From assembly GCA_002269645.1 (NCBI GenBank), contig NIVC01005059.1, forward strand, positions 1 to 27,470: a DNA stretch of 27,470 bases. Reading direction: 5' to 3'. Below, one piece after another: positions 1 to 11,369 of the stretch (positions are counted from its first letter, which is position 1; the number at the start of each line of letters is the position of its first letter). Under the pieces are notes generated by a model. The model saw only the letters and a program-made list of their open reading frames with translations. It made no database searches and was not told where the DNA came from. The DNA comes from Macrostomum lignano. Lineage: Eukaryota. The position numbers were made by a program, and so were the translations under genes.

Positions 1-512
1 ACACCACCAAATTAATGTGGCGGAATCGAACAAGAAGTAAATTCCTAAAATCGGCATTATGAAGTCCTACACAGATTTAAAATCAAACTAAACTAAGTTC
101 ATTGCAATTAAATTAGGGCTTTTTTTATAATTGTTCTTTCTGACTGTGGCAGCTGAACTTCGTATTCATGCTTCTCTTTTTTAAAGCCAATTGCTGCAAC
201 AAGCCTCTCTGCACTAGTAGAAAGAGGCACTTTCTAAAAAGTTGCACTTTTCTTGTCCCCCATCGTAATGCCTTTATCTGATGACTTTACCAAGCCTTGG
301 AAGGGCTAGGAAAAAATCAACATTGGTTGCTTCTGGAATTTTGGGGGAAATGAGGAGGGAAAAGAGGACTCTAGCTCTCTCCCATATTATTGGTCTCCGA
401 GGCTCTTCAAGTCTTCCTTCCTGTCCTTGGCTTGTCCTTACTAAGCATTATACACGCTACACGCATTTACTTGCCTACTGCTTTTTCTGCTTGGCTTACT
501 GAGGGTGTTCTA

Positions 513-976
513 AGAAGCAGTCAACGTAACCTCCTGACTTCTCACCATTGTTTTACCTGCAATCCAGATCATGAAACAGTAGAATATTTTGCGCCTCTCA
601 TGAGTTCACGCGTACAAGTGTAGGACTATTGTCTAAGTCTAGGACTTTTTTGGACAATTGTTTAGTCAAACAAAGGAATTCGATATTCTGGAATCACTCC
701 GCGTGATGATTAAACAGATTTAAAAAGGCGTGATTCAAAGAAGCAAGAAGCAGTCGACGTAGCCCCGGACGTCTCACTATTGTTTTATTTTCTAGTCAGA
801 TGATGCAGCAAAAGGAATTGTATCTGTCATGAGTCAACGCGTAAATTTAACACAGTATTATGATTTCTATTCTAGAGACTAAAATTGACAATTTATCTTC
901 GTCTTCTTTGTTTAGTCAAAGAAAATGATTCGAGATCCTGCAATCACCCGGCATGTTGATAAACAGATAAAAAGGT
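513..976. repeat. Degenerate tandem duplication, about 2 copies of a 230-250 bp unit
   Basis: Paired blocks: AGAAGCAGTC(A/G)ACGTA at 513/746, TCATGAGT..ACGCGT at 598/827, GTTTAGTCAAA...AAACAGAT...AAAAAGG at 660/910. Confidence 0.6.
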
Positions 977-1108
977 AATGTATATCAGAGAAAAACATTT
1001 AATATTTACAGAGTACAGTTTTACAGGTACATGAAATTATAGTGGGCTCATGTTTGTATCAATCCATCTGTCAATAGTCCGATGAAGAGTCCACATGGAT
1101 AAAATTTT

Positions 1109-1113
<5 letters not shown>

Positions 1114-1197
<84 letters not shown>
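1114..1197. repeat. (AG)n microsatellite, about 42 units
   Basis: Perfect AG dinucleotide run read directly. Confidence 0.98.
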
Positions 1198-1201
<4 letters not shown>

Positions 1202-1250
1202 CTTACTTACCTCTAAACAATCAAACATATTACTGTAACATTGGTACTTA

Positions 1251-1607
1251 TCAGCGGCGTAGGCAAGGGGGGATATGGGGATGGATCCCCCCGTGGGCCT
1301 GGTCGGTGGGTTTTTCCGGAAACTGCGTAGCCAGACGTGAGGACATTTCCTTGAGTGTGAGGAAGGGATTTTCCTCCAGCGTCTCAGTCAGGAAGTCTCT
1401 CATCTCGTTGTCAGCCTTGCAATTTTCTTCTCTCCGACCGCCACGAGGTAGGGATTCAACTCTGCCATGGAGGCGGAACTCCGCAGCGATCCTAAAGGCG
1501 GACGCTCTCTTGATCTTGGGAATTTGAGCGGCAGCTAGGATGGTTGATCCATTGTTTACTGCGTCGATCAGACGCTGACGGTTTGCTGCAGGAATCGATG
1601 GTGCCAT
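1251..1607 (-). pseudogene. Truncated IS630/Tc1-mariner-type transposase, N-terminal HTH region only
   Basis: MAPSIPAANRQRLIDAVNNGSTILAAAQ...SAFRIAAEFRLHGRVESLPRGGRR...LEENPFLTLKEMSSRL resembles the paired-like double HTH of Tc1/IS630 transposases. No DDD/E catalytic domain follows, and the similarity ends near 1300. Confidence 0.7.
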
Positions 1608-1985
1608 CACAGTGAAATCCAAGGGGTCAGATGCAACCCAAGGGGTGAAGAAGGAGAGCTGGCTGAGGGTCGGAGGGTTAGAGCGATATCTGAAGGCTTT
1701 CACACTCAGTCTCATATTGAGCGTCTTATTCTCATTTTGATATTCCATTTTTTAGTCTATGGCCAAGCCATTCCTGCAGCCAATACTGGGCATGCTCTGG
1801 CCGTGGCTAGCCTGGCCTTGCTTGCCCTCTGGTAAATAAACCAGATAACACCACAAGATAACATTCGCTCAAACAAGATAACATGCCCTATTCCGGTTAT
1901 GCAAAATGTTATCTTGTATGAATCTTGTTTGCGTGACGAAATCTTACGTTTCCTTGTTTCAAACAAGATTCAAAAAGGATTTGCT

Positions 1986-2525
1986 GACCAGATAACAGTC
2001 GGGTAATTCATGCGAATCCTGCAGGGAAACATCGTGTTATCCTGTTTGTTATCTTGTTTGTTATCCTGTCTGGCAAACAGGATCGTTGACCAGGTAACAG
2101 TCGGGTAATTCATGCGAATCCTGCAGGGAAACATCGTGTTATCCTGTTTGTTATCTTGTTTGTTATCCTGTCTGGCAAACAGGATTCGCTGACCAGGTAA
2201 CAGTCGGGTAATTCATGCGAATCCTGCAGGGAAACATCGTGTTATCCTGTTTGTTATCTTGTTTGTTATCCTGTCTGGCAAACAGGATTCGCTGACCAGG
2301 TAACAGTCGGGTAATTCATGCGAATCCTGCAGGGAAACATCGTGTTATGCTGTTTGTTATCTTGTTTGTTATCCTGTCTGGCAAACAGGATTCGCTGACC
2401 AGGTAACAGTCGGGTAATTCATGCGAATCCTGCAGGGAAACATCGTGTTATGCTGTTTGTTATCTTGTTTGTTATCCTGTCTGGCATCAAACAAGATTTC
2501 CTGATCAGATAACAGTCGGGTAATT
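1986..2525. repeat. Tandem array, 103-bp unit, 5 copies plus a partial
   Basis: Units begin GACCAG(A/G)TAACAGTCGGG at 1986, 2088, 2191, 2294 and 2397. They are near identical and each contains internal GTTATC(C/T)TG sub-repeats. Confidence 0.95.
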
Positions 2526-2752
2526 TATGATAATAAAAGGCAGAAGGCACCGACAATCAAATTTCGCAGTAAAGAAGCGTATAAAAAGTTGGTGCTTCAA
2601 GATGTTGTGAGAAGCATCTATTTAACAGCGGGGTGTCAACTAAACGGCATCTCAACATGAACGAAAACATCTGGAGAACAGTGTGGCATAAGTCTGAGTT
2701 TCGGGAGTCCAGTTATAAGTAGATCTACTTATACTGTGGATACCAATTGATA

Positions 2753-4378
2753 TTACTGGATTGGTGATCTGCTGCGACCTGGTGTATCAGCTGGCGAGCT
2801 CGGACCTGCTGTACTCGGACGCGACTCTGGCGGCAGTCGACGCGTGAGCCAGACGTTTGAAAGACCGGGTCGCGCCCGCGGACGGCGATTAATGAGACCG
2901 CCGACGGGGACTTGCATTATATGTCGGCGCAATGGAACGACTCTGTAGTATTAAGTTAAATTGAATGGCGATGGATGACAGTTTCTCCGACATATACACA
3001 GCTATAAAAAACACAGTAAGGTACATACACTCTCGATTGTCTAGCTCTAACAGACAGTGACGGTGTGCCGACAGGCATTGCCATATTATACGACCGTTCA
3101 CAAGTAGCGTCAGCTGTGTCGATAGAAGTTTCATTCGTAGCATAGTCGTCATCCGGAAACAACTGGCTTTCGTTGATCGGCTGCTCGTAGACCGGAGACG
3201 AAGTGAATGTCGTGCCATCTGATGCGCCGGCTTGCGCGGCGATGGCTTCGTTGTGCAGTTGCGTCCACAAAATGCCGACTGCACTGGAAACAGCTCTTAC
3301 CTGATTGTCTTTGCAATCCCGTGTGCCAACGGTAATATCCAACCGACTTGGCGTTGCAGATGTCGCTAGTGTGATGGACGATCGTCCAACGGCGTCATCA
3401 ACTGCGTCGTTCGAAGCAGTGACACCCTCTGGAAACAAGTGGCTTTCGTTGAACGACTGCTCGTAGACTGGAGACGAAGTGAATGGCGTGCCATCTGAAG
3501 TATCCGCTTGCGTTGCGATGGGGTCCTCGTGCAGTTGCGTCCACGAAATCCCGGCTGCGCGAGGGAAAGATGTTACTTGATTGCCGCCGATCGGCGGTGT
3601 ATTAAAGCCAGCCCACCAGACAGACATTAGCGAGCCGCAGGGAGCAGCGATATAGGATGGAACTACGCCAGCAGTTCCGCTGGTACGACCTACTGGTTCC
3701 ACTGGCAAATCAGCCAGAAATAGTTCCAGTCGTACTACCTCTTGACGCAAGTAGCTGCCCGTGCTGCAGCCGCCGCATGCTTGTCTACGGCAACGCGGAC
3801 AGCGAGGTGTCGTGCAGTCGACAATCTACAGAATTAGTTGTATATAGCGGCTGGTTTCGTTAAGGTCAGTTAGTTCGATAAAAAGTAAAACAGGTTATAC
3901 GTACGTATGTGCATCCCGTATATACGTGTAGGATGTTACTAGGTACAATATTGACAGAGCGTTTGTCTGGACGACCGGGCGGTGCAAAAATTGTCGGTCG
4001 GCGCAACAGAATAACATCGCCACGACGCAACGGCCCAATCTGCGAGCGTACGCTGCCTTGGACACTGCAACCAATCATCCCGGTTGGGTCGCATGCATCA
4101 ATTGTAAAAGCCGACGAGGATGACGCTGAGCAGATCTGCTGGTCGGTAACTCGTTGAATAAGTAGCAACAATATCGGAATCCTGTTCGTTGAGTCGCGAA
4201 TGTGGCCGACAGTACAGAACTCTGACAGCTTCGTGCACAATTCGATCCCGATGTCGCCGATGGCGTTTCTCCAAGCAGGTGTATTCCATATGGACTCCGA
4301 AAACGCATACTTTGCGTCGTCGGTACTCAGTCGCAGCGTGCTTAATGGACCAACCGTGCGATTTGAAGCGCTGGACAT
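2753..4378 (-). CDS. Spliced gene, about 486 aa: HROB/DUF4539-like OB-fold, Cys cluster and low-complexity tail (exons 4378-3905, 3825-3029, 2942-2753)
   Basis: Exon 1 reads NRIPILLLLIQRV...DPTGMIGCSVQ...LRRGDVILLRRPTIFAP...VNIVPSNILHVY. This matches the HROB (C17orf53/MCM8IP) OB-fold pattern as I recall it (KVPNMAVMIKSL...DPTGEMQGTVH...LKPGSVLLLKQIGVFSP...LNVTPNNLVHIY). GT-AG introns of 79 and 86 nt (donors GTACGT, GTATGT) join the exons in frame: 474+797+190=1461 nt. Upstream exons are possible because an AG acceptor abuts the ATG. Confidence 0.7.
3155..3558. repeat. Internal coding duplication, 276-nt (92-aa) period
   Basis: 3155-3282 is similar to 3431-3558. The two copies encode GISWTQLHEDPIA..TSSPVYEQSFNESHLFP and GILWTQLHNEAIA..TSSPVYEQPINESQLFP. 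Confidence 0.9.
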
Positions 4379-5446
4379 CTGTAACAGAGAGAAGTGGAGG
4401 TTGTTCGGTGAGACGGCGTGGCCCGAAAACAGCGTCGGACACCAGCGATCATGAGATGGGAGACAGGATTGAAAGGACGTTGCATGGGTATTTGTTATTA
4501 CCATTGACTTAACATAACTCCGCATATAATACAACTAACTCGGCACCCAGACACAAGTCTGTTGGGACAGAGTCCAGACCTCTAGCAATTGATTTAAATC
4601 AAAACGGGTCGTCCCCTAGAACTCGCACTACCACTTTTTCGGAATCTCGGCAAGACAGTACGTATGAAATGACTTAAAAGACGTAATAAAAATGTTCAGT
4701 ATTTTTCATTTATAGTGGTGCCAAAAAGCACGACAATAAAGACATTAAAAAAGCAGCTAGGAAAAAGATTGGAAAAGCTGTATGTGTTATAAGTAATACT
4801 TTAGAATATTATTAGTACTGTTAACGTATGTGGACGTTGTAGATGAAACTGACGTACGTGCTGCACTCGTTGATCCATGTTTACGGGGGAAACACGTGCC
4901 CGAGGGCCCTCCTAGTACTGTAGGAGATGAATTCGTGTTATAAAAATAGATACTGAGTCACACAACATTACGTACTTTCTTAGAGAACTCATGCCTTCAT
5001 TAAGTCAAGTAGGTGCACCGAATATGGTTCTAGTTCCCAAGGTATAATAGAGTTACACAGTATTACGTGCATTGGGGCAATTAGAATTCCCACGTATAAG
5101 TACGGACTCCTGGATCATTTTTCGCGACAAGAAGTTGTGTCTGGCCTTTCTAAGTGCACGCCTACTTCAAATTGCAAGTCGCACTGAACATGAAACAGTA
5201 AACCGTAAACGTTGAACAGAAAAAAACTGGAAAACTGAAATATGAAGCACACAAAGATGAATGGCAAAATGCCGGACGAAATTTCAAACGATTATCGTCC
5301 TGAATTAAAATAGCAGATCTGCTATGGGACGAAGTACTGTGTAAAAAAACAAACAAAAACAGTAAGTTCATTGTGCGAAAACAATTTATAGTATTAATCC
5401 GTTATGATCCGTTATCCTATAAAACTACTCAACGCCGACAGTCAGC

Positions 5447-7090
5447 CTAAGGTTCGGCGGCTCCCTCGACGGCTTCCTCGGCTGTGCCGGCCAGCTGTGT
5501 CTTCTTAGCGGCGCGCCATCTTTTAACAGCGTCGGATTTTTTAGCCTTTTCTTCCGGAGTCTGCCTGCGTTTTATGGCCGTCTCGCGGCACTGATAGTGC
5601 TGACGCCGAAACTCCTTTTCGTCTATGTTTACGCCAACGTGCTTGGCGTATGCCATAGCCACGGCTAGCTTGCCGTCGTCACATCGCTGGCCACCTACTT
5701 GACCCTTGACGCGACCCGAGCAAGTCTCCCGCAAAAACTGGTCCTCGCTGAATAAAGCGCGAAGGACCGCTCGTATAAATGAGCCATTAGCGGTAGCCAA
5801 TTTTTTTGCATCTGGCCGATCGGCCGATGCCAGTTGATGAATGGCTTCCGTTCGCTGCTCGATTTCGCGCTTGTCTTTCGGCTCTACTAGTATTCTCCTA
5901 AAGCCGTTGTCGTTTGACAGGCGAACCAATGCGCTTGGGTTGACTTCACGTGGCCGCATTGAAACAATAGCGTCGGCAGCCTGCACAGCACCCATAGTCT
6001 GCTTCATTTGCGCCGACTGGTCAGTGGACCAATGGCTGTGGGCATATATACCAACTTCTCGAGGTTCGTCATCGATTAAAATGGGACCAGTTTCGTCTTG
6101 CCGATCGGCATACTCTGCGTCGACACTATCAGAGCCTCCGATTGTGCATCTGGCAGCATGTACTGCACTGAGTAGTCGCTCACACCGGCGCTCAACCACG
6201 CTCATAACCTGCTGCATTTTGGCGTCTCGACTGGAGTCAGTGTTCCCGTTCTGCGCCATTTGTTCTTCAAGCGAATGCAGTTGAGCGCGAAGTTGATCAA
6301 CTTCGTTCAACAACTGTGTGTTACTTTGCGCCAGATGTGCCGAACGTTCCCTCTCATTTTCAATTTCAATTTCCAGAGCCCGAATGCGATCACCTGTGAT
6401 GAAGTGCGTTCAGATAAATATATAGAGTTGCTCTTATAGAATAATTTATTGACTACGTATTACATACAAATATATTGAAATTACGCAGTAAACCAATAGT
6501 TACGCACGTTGCTCGTCCACAATGGAAACATGCGAGCGCAATTGGTTGGTTAGTGCACAACACGAACCACAAGGATTCGGCGCACTATTAGTTTGCAACG
6601 GGCCCGACGCGGATGCGACGCGTTGCGCAGCAGCAATGCTACTGTAGGGTCCACTCCATATAGTGGCGCCATATCTTGCGGCCGAGGCAGTCTTTGTTTT
6701 GGCTGTCACGACGCCAATGCGACAACCAACAGTGGGTTGCTCATGACGATCGTCAAGAGCAACAATATCGGTGCTAAGTATCGCACCTCTGTCGTTGTTG
6801 CTGTCGTAAATGACCGCCCACGCGGACGAATCTGCAGATTTGTAACCGCGCATTCCGTCAGGGGCACATGCTGCACTTGCACTTTTATTTTGGCGGTTCT
6901 TCTTCTTTGTTGACCTCGCGCTGTCGGACCCATCGAATATTTCCGACTGAATTTCCGACGAAGCTTTCGGGACTGTCGATTGGTCGTTTGGTCGTACACC
7001 CTTGCGCGGTCGCTTTTCGGCTTGTTCTGCGTCTATATCCACTGGATTTTCGTCCTCTTGTAAGTGAGTAACGCAGTTCTTCTTGCCCAT
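5447..7090 (-). CDS. Spliced coiled-coil plus BEN-domain-like protein, about 509 aa (exons 7090-6508, 6393-5447); likely EnSpm accessory ORF
   Basis: A 114-nt GTGCGT...CACAG intron joins the 6500..7105 and 5447..6313 ORFs in frame (583+947=1530 nt). The middle is a heptad-rich coiled coil. The C-terminal SFIRAVLRALFSEDQF..TCSG....DDGKLAVAM....QCRETAIKRR fits the BEN-domain pattern. The start codon is uncertain; a TTTTCCAG acceptor lies at 7114. Confidence 0.6.
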
Positions 7091-7870
7091 TACTTTCCAA
7101 ATCAAGCAGACGACTGGAAAACGATTTTTAACAGCATATTTACTTCAAATATCGCATTGTACAATGTTTAAGAATAGAAAAGGACGCTCTCAAGATACGA
7201 TCCTAATTTCCACAAAATCTTACGTACACGCTAAAGTTAGATCTAAGGAATTTCGTTATAGGGAGAGTGGACGGCCAACCAATCGATGTGGTGAACTACA
7301 TGCTAGGTTCGATGCAACGTTGCAATCACGAAACACGAGACATAGTGTAATGATGGACGCAAAATGCGTGAATTTCGCATATTTACTGATTGGTGTATGA
7401 TACGAGGTCCGTTATGATTCATTTTAATGAAAAAATTAAAACGGCAGATTTCATACATATTTAAAGTGATTAAGATTCATTCACATTGTCGTCATAGTGG
7501 TTGTGGAAGTATACTGGTGTATAAACGAATGACCATTGGTGTAAAGATCGTGTAAACTTGTGAACCTTCGCCTTATTTAATGCCTGCGTGAATGAGTCTT
7601 ATAACGTTCATAGATAAAGTTGAAGGCGTTTATAAATAGGGTGGCAACATACAGTGGAACAGATTTTATCTCAGCAATGAGCGGTACTATACTTGACGTT
7701 ACAAAGACTGCTTAATCAGTTCGTACAAATTGTGGGGTATACGCAAACAAACGTTTGAGGTGACAGCTTACTTAAAATTGTCTTTTCCGCGAACTTATTA
7801 AGCAACGTCAATACATTACAATGGGCTTGGACAGTACAAGGAGCACACAGGCGTATAGGCCCGAGCAAAT

Positions 7871-10606
7871 TCACGAAAAAGATAGTTGCGCATGCGGCAG
7901 CGCTACTACATGCGTGTCGCTGACAGCACATGATCCCACAATCATTTTGATAGGAACACAAATAACATAGCCGCCAATGTCACCGAAGGGATCGCAAGCC
8001 AGCTTCCGGACGTGGATGAGTCGGCAACCTCGATTTGGCGCATCAACCGGAACGGCCACGAGCACTGATAGAGGATCCTCCATCGGTGCGGCCAGACGGA
8101 GCGGTTGCATCAGTAGATGTAGATCGCCTACATCCTCATCCTCTTCCAATTCGTAGACGCGACCAAAGTCTATCGCTGACCGACCAGCGTCAGTCCAGAC
8201 GGCAACAAAGCTGGAGACAACTCTTTCTGTGACATAGATTGTCTGAACACATCGATCATTGTGCCGTCATGCAATGTAACTCGCTCCCATTTACTCGGGT
8301 TTCCAGCATATCTTCTAGGTCGTGAAACTGTGCCACACCTGATGTTCTTCGTTGTCATGCGTCTGGCTACTGGCGTGTCAGTCAACTGAAGATCTTCAGT
8401 TGTCTTGTCCGCCAATTGTGCCACTAATAGCTCAGTTTGGATGACGTTCGCTATTTCTACGTCGGTCGCTCGCGAACCGCGTATGCGTTTACGAATACTA
8501 CAATGAAATGACTCGAACAGCGATGCTGATAACTGGTGTATTGGCCCTGCCAACACTGCGTGCATCAGGGTATGCACGCATACCTGATGAGCGTTATAAG
8601 TCAATGCCCGATTCGAGAACATCATCGGGAGTAGGCGATGGAAGTACGATAATGTCGTTCGCACATGTGTCAGCTCGCGGATCGAGGAACCAACGCATGA
8701 CAATGCGAACATTGCGGACGATAGAGCCAGCAGTAGCTGATAGTACCTGCCGTGATCATAGCATGCAAGGAAATCTTCCAGTACCATCGGACCGTAAGCT
8801 AACATCCACATTTCAAACTCGTGGCCCCGATACCTCTTCAATAGGTTTAGTGACCTTGGTCCGCGTCTCTGAACACTACGCGGCACTCGAATTCTTGCGA
8901 GCCGTTCATCAATCAGGCTAATCCGTCGGTACAAATCGGGGTTTCTCGACGTCTGGTCTGGCTTTTGATGTCGTATTAGGAACAACTGGTACATCAGATA
9001 GCCGGTCAGACCAGCACAGGTTTGGTGCAAATAACACGGCGGGCAACCCCTAATGTAGTCGAACCCGGCCAGTTCACTCAGTGGAGACTTGGCTCGCACT
9101 CCAAGCGTGTCTGTCTTGTCGTCAGTACGAGCCACGCGCATTCTGTCTCTTTCATATTCGTGCCGATCGGCAAGCATGTTAGTGTCGGTGACGCACCGAA
9201 ACTCTGTCTGTGTACACCCACGTCTGACAGCGGCGTTCAGCATAGCGTTGGTGATTTCGAGCGGAAACATACGTCCGGATCCAAACGGCTGTTTTTTTGT
9301 TCGAATATAACATTTTTCGCATCCGTATATCGCGTTGAATCGCTTCATACCTAGTGCATCCGCTCGTGCTGGGGCATCGAAGATGGCCTGGAAAGGGTGC
9401 AATCTAAGGATTTGCTTATCGCCGTGTCCGTCTACATATTGGTAGGAAACTTTCCGCATGCAATTTAACGTGTCCAGCCCAGACTCCGCATACAATCACG
9501 TACTTATACTTCATGCGTTCGTACACCTCTGTTACAGACATGTACACTGGACAGACCTCGACGTTACTGCTTTTCCGCAACGAAAATCCGTCTGAACATA
9601 GCGTGTACGACAGATCGCATCTACGTCGAGGTTCAATCGACGCTAGGAACTCCCTGTACAGTGCACTGTTGACGTAGTGTAACTGACGTCTAAACATGTC
9701 GTCTGACGGTTGATCAGCCGGCCACACAACAGTCTCCAGCATTCCGCGTCGGATGCAGCGCCGAAGTTGATCCTTTGCGTCACATAGCCAGAAGCTTGCA
9801 ACTTCTTCGCTACCGCAAGTTGAACACGTCGGCGCGTTTCGACCGAGTCGATTTTGTCTACACTTCGCACACACAGTGTAGCATTCTGAGGTCGGTAATG
9901 CAGATCTGCATTCTTGTCGAAAGCGAGCTTTCACAACCTCAGAAAGTACATGCGGCGACCGCGGCACATCAGCGCTAGGCATCAGTTTGCGTAATAAACC
10001 TAGTAGTTCTCTTTTCTGCTCTCTGCATGCTTTCCACTTGGAGCAGTAGTCCGCAATTAATGTGGCCGCTTCTCCTGTCGTTAGAAGCACATCCGCTTCG
10101 GCTATTTTATGAAATGGTCTGTCTATGAAAATAGGATCAGCTCTCGAACTGGCTGGATCGCTCTGGTCGGATGCGTCGCTGCCCTCCTCATTGAGGCTGG
10201 CTGGGTCGATCTGGTCGGATGCGTCGCTACCCTCTTCGTTGAGACTGGCTGGGTCGCTCTGGTCGGATGCGTCGCTGCCCTCCTCATTGAGGCTGGCTGG
10301 GTCGATCTGGTCGGATGCGTCGCTACCCTCTTCGTTGAGACTGGCTGGGTCGCTCTGGTCGGATGCGTCGCTGCCCTCCTCATTGAGGCTAGGGACCAGA
10401 GTGTTTGATGGCAGATCTGCCAGATTCGCGCGTTTGTCGCGTAATCGACGTTGCCGTAATGCTTGCATTCTCTGCTGGCCAGTCAATGCGGGTGCGGCCC
10501 TTTTACGTATGCCAAGCCGCCAATTTCTCATATAGTGCGTTGCATTGTGCGTTTCGTCCGTCTGTTCCGGCCCTGCAGACTGTGCTGAGGTGCCGGCCTT
10601 GTCCAT
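7871..10606 (-). pseudogene. EnSpm/CACTA (CMC superfamily) DDE transposase, about 910 aa, two frameshifts (~9445 and ~8240)
   Basis: Motifs: CxxC...CxxC, SDGFSLRKSS..VCPVY, FDAPARA..KRFNAIYGCEKC, HQTCAG, PRSLNLLKRYRGHEF, TYNAHQ, GPIHQLSASLFESFH. The C-terminus continues in a third frame to the stop at 7871. Confidence 0.85.
10151..10390. repeat. Coding minisatellite, 5 x 48 bp (SLNEEGSDASDQ(S/I)DPA)
   Basis: Five exact-length units alternating between two variants in the transposase N-terminus. Confidence 0.95.
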
Positions 10607-11318
10607 CCTGGAGAAGTCAGATTTCGACTGTTCTGTAACGAAACGGTATAATAATAATAATCGGAGGAACTACATGACATTCATGTATGCAATAGGTTTA
10701 GATGAATGTGTCAACTCTATATAGACGTGGGTAGCTATTCTAGATCACTACGGTATCCTACTTAAAATGAGGGGATCAATGACTTCTGCTACTACTACTG
10801 ATTATTGATTGTGATTGATTGATTAGTGATACTGATTGTTACTACATACGATTGTTCTAACATATGGGCGGATGAACGGTGACACTTGAATTTTTGCAAT
10901 AGAAACCATGACTAGATAGTTCAATGAAATGAATGCAAGGCAATGCAATCGGGATCTGTAATAAAACGGAAGCACACGTTTTCGTAAAAAACAAGTTAAG
11001 TAACAAGAGGTGGAATTTGCTTACTGGGAAATGCATAAAAGTCAATAATGAGATAGGATGGATACGAATAGTTAAAAGAAAACATAATTGCACAAATGTA
11101 ACGCGTAATAATGTCATATTAAAGTACTTAGGTTTCGATATGTTCTCCGTTTGTTGGCTGGCAGATTTGGCCTGCTAGATTGTTCATCTGCTGCTATAGC
11201 TACCAAACGGTGCTATATTCACTCTGCTTTTATCTTCACTCTGATGTAACGGCGCTCAACGGCGCTCAACTGCACTGTCCTCAGTTACTAATAAATGAAA
11301 AAAAGGTACGAAACTGCA

Positions 11319-11324
11319 AGCATC
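11319..11324. other. Candidate 6-bp target-site duplication (AGCATC)
   Basis: These six bases lie immediately 5' of AGTAG. Mavericks make 6-bp TSDs, but the right-hand copy lies outside the window and cannot be checked. Confidence 0.45.
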
Positions 11325-11369
11325 AGTAGAAGGCATGAGGGGGCTTCTGGGACAAAATTTTTCACCTCC

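Larger units (their letters stand above)
5447..10606 (-). mobile_element. EnSpm/CACTA-like DNA transposon body (transposase plus BEN ORF); termini not located
   Basis: Tandem same-strand transposase and BEN-like ORF. No convincing TIR pair was found, so the coordinates cover only the coding span. Confidence 0.6.

Noticed and set aside
281-623. Short ORFs 281..502 and 390..623
   Set aside because: No recognisable motifs; they partly overlap a degenerate repeat.
1986-2525. CRISPR-like interpretation of the 103-, 47-, 21- and 81-bp arrays
   Set aside because: Units are contiguous and near identical with no unique spacers; no cas genes; eukaryotic context.
5841-9354. Plus-strand ORFs overlapping the BEN and transposase genes (e.g. 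5841..6284, 8508..8921, 9022..9354)
   Set aside because: Antisense shadows of GC-rich coding sequence with no independent motifs.
10109-10535. Repetitive ORFs on alternative frames of the 48-bp array
   Set aside because: Shadow frames of the transposase minisatellite.
10690-11290. Possible EnSpm TIR (CACTACGG at ~10746, CACTG at ~11275)
   Set aside because: Wrong orientation for a right end and no matching partner found in the window.
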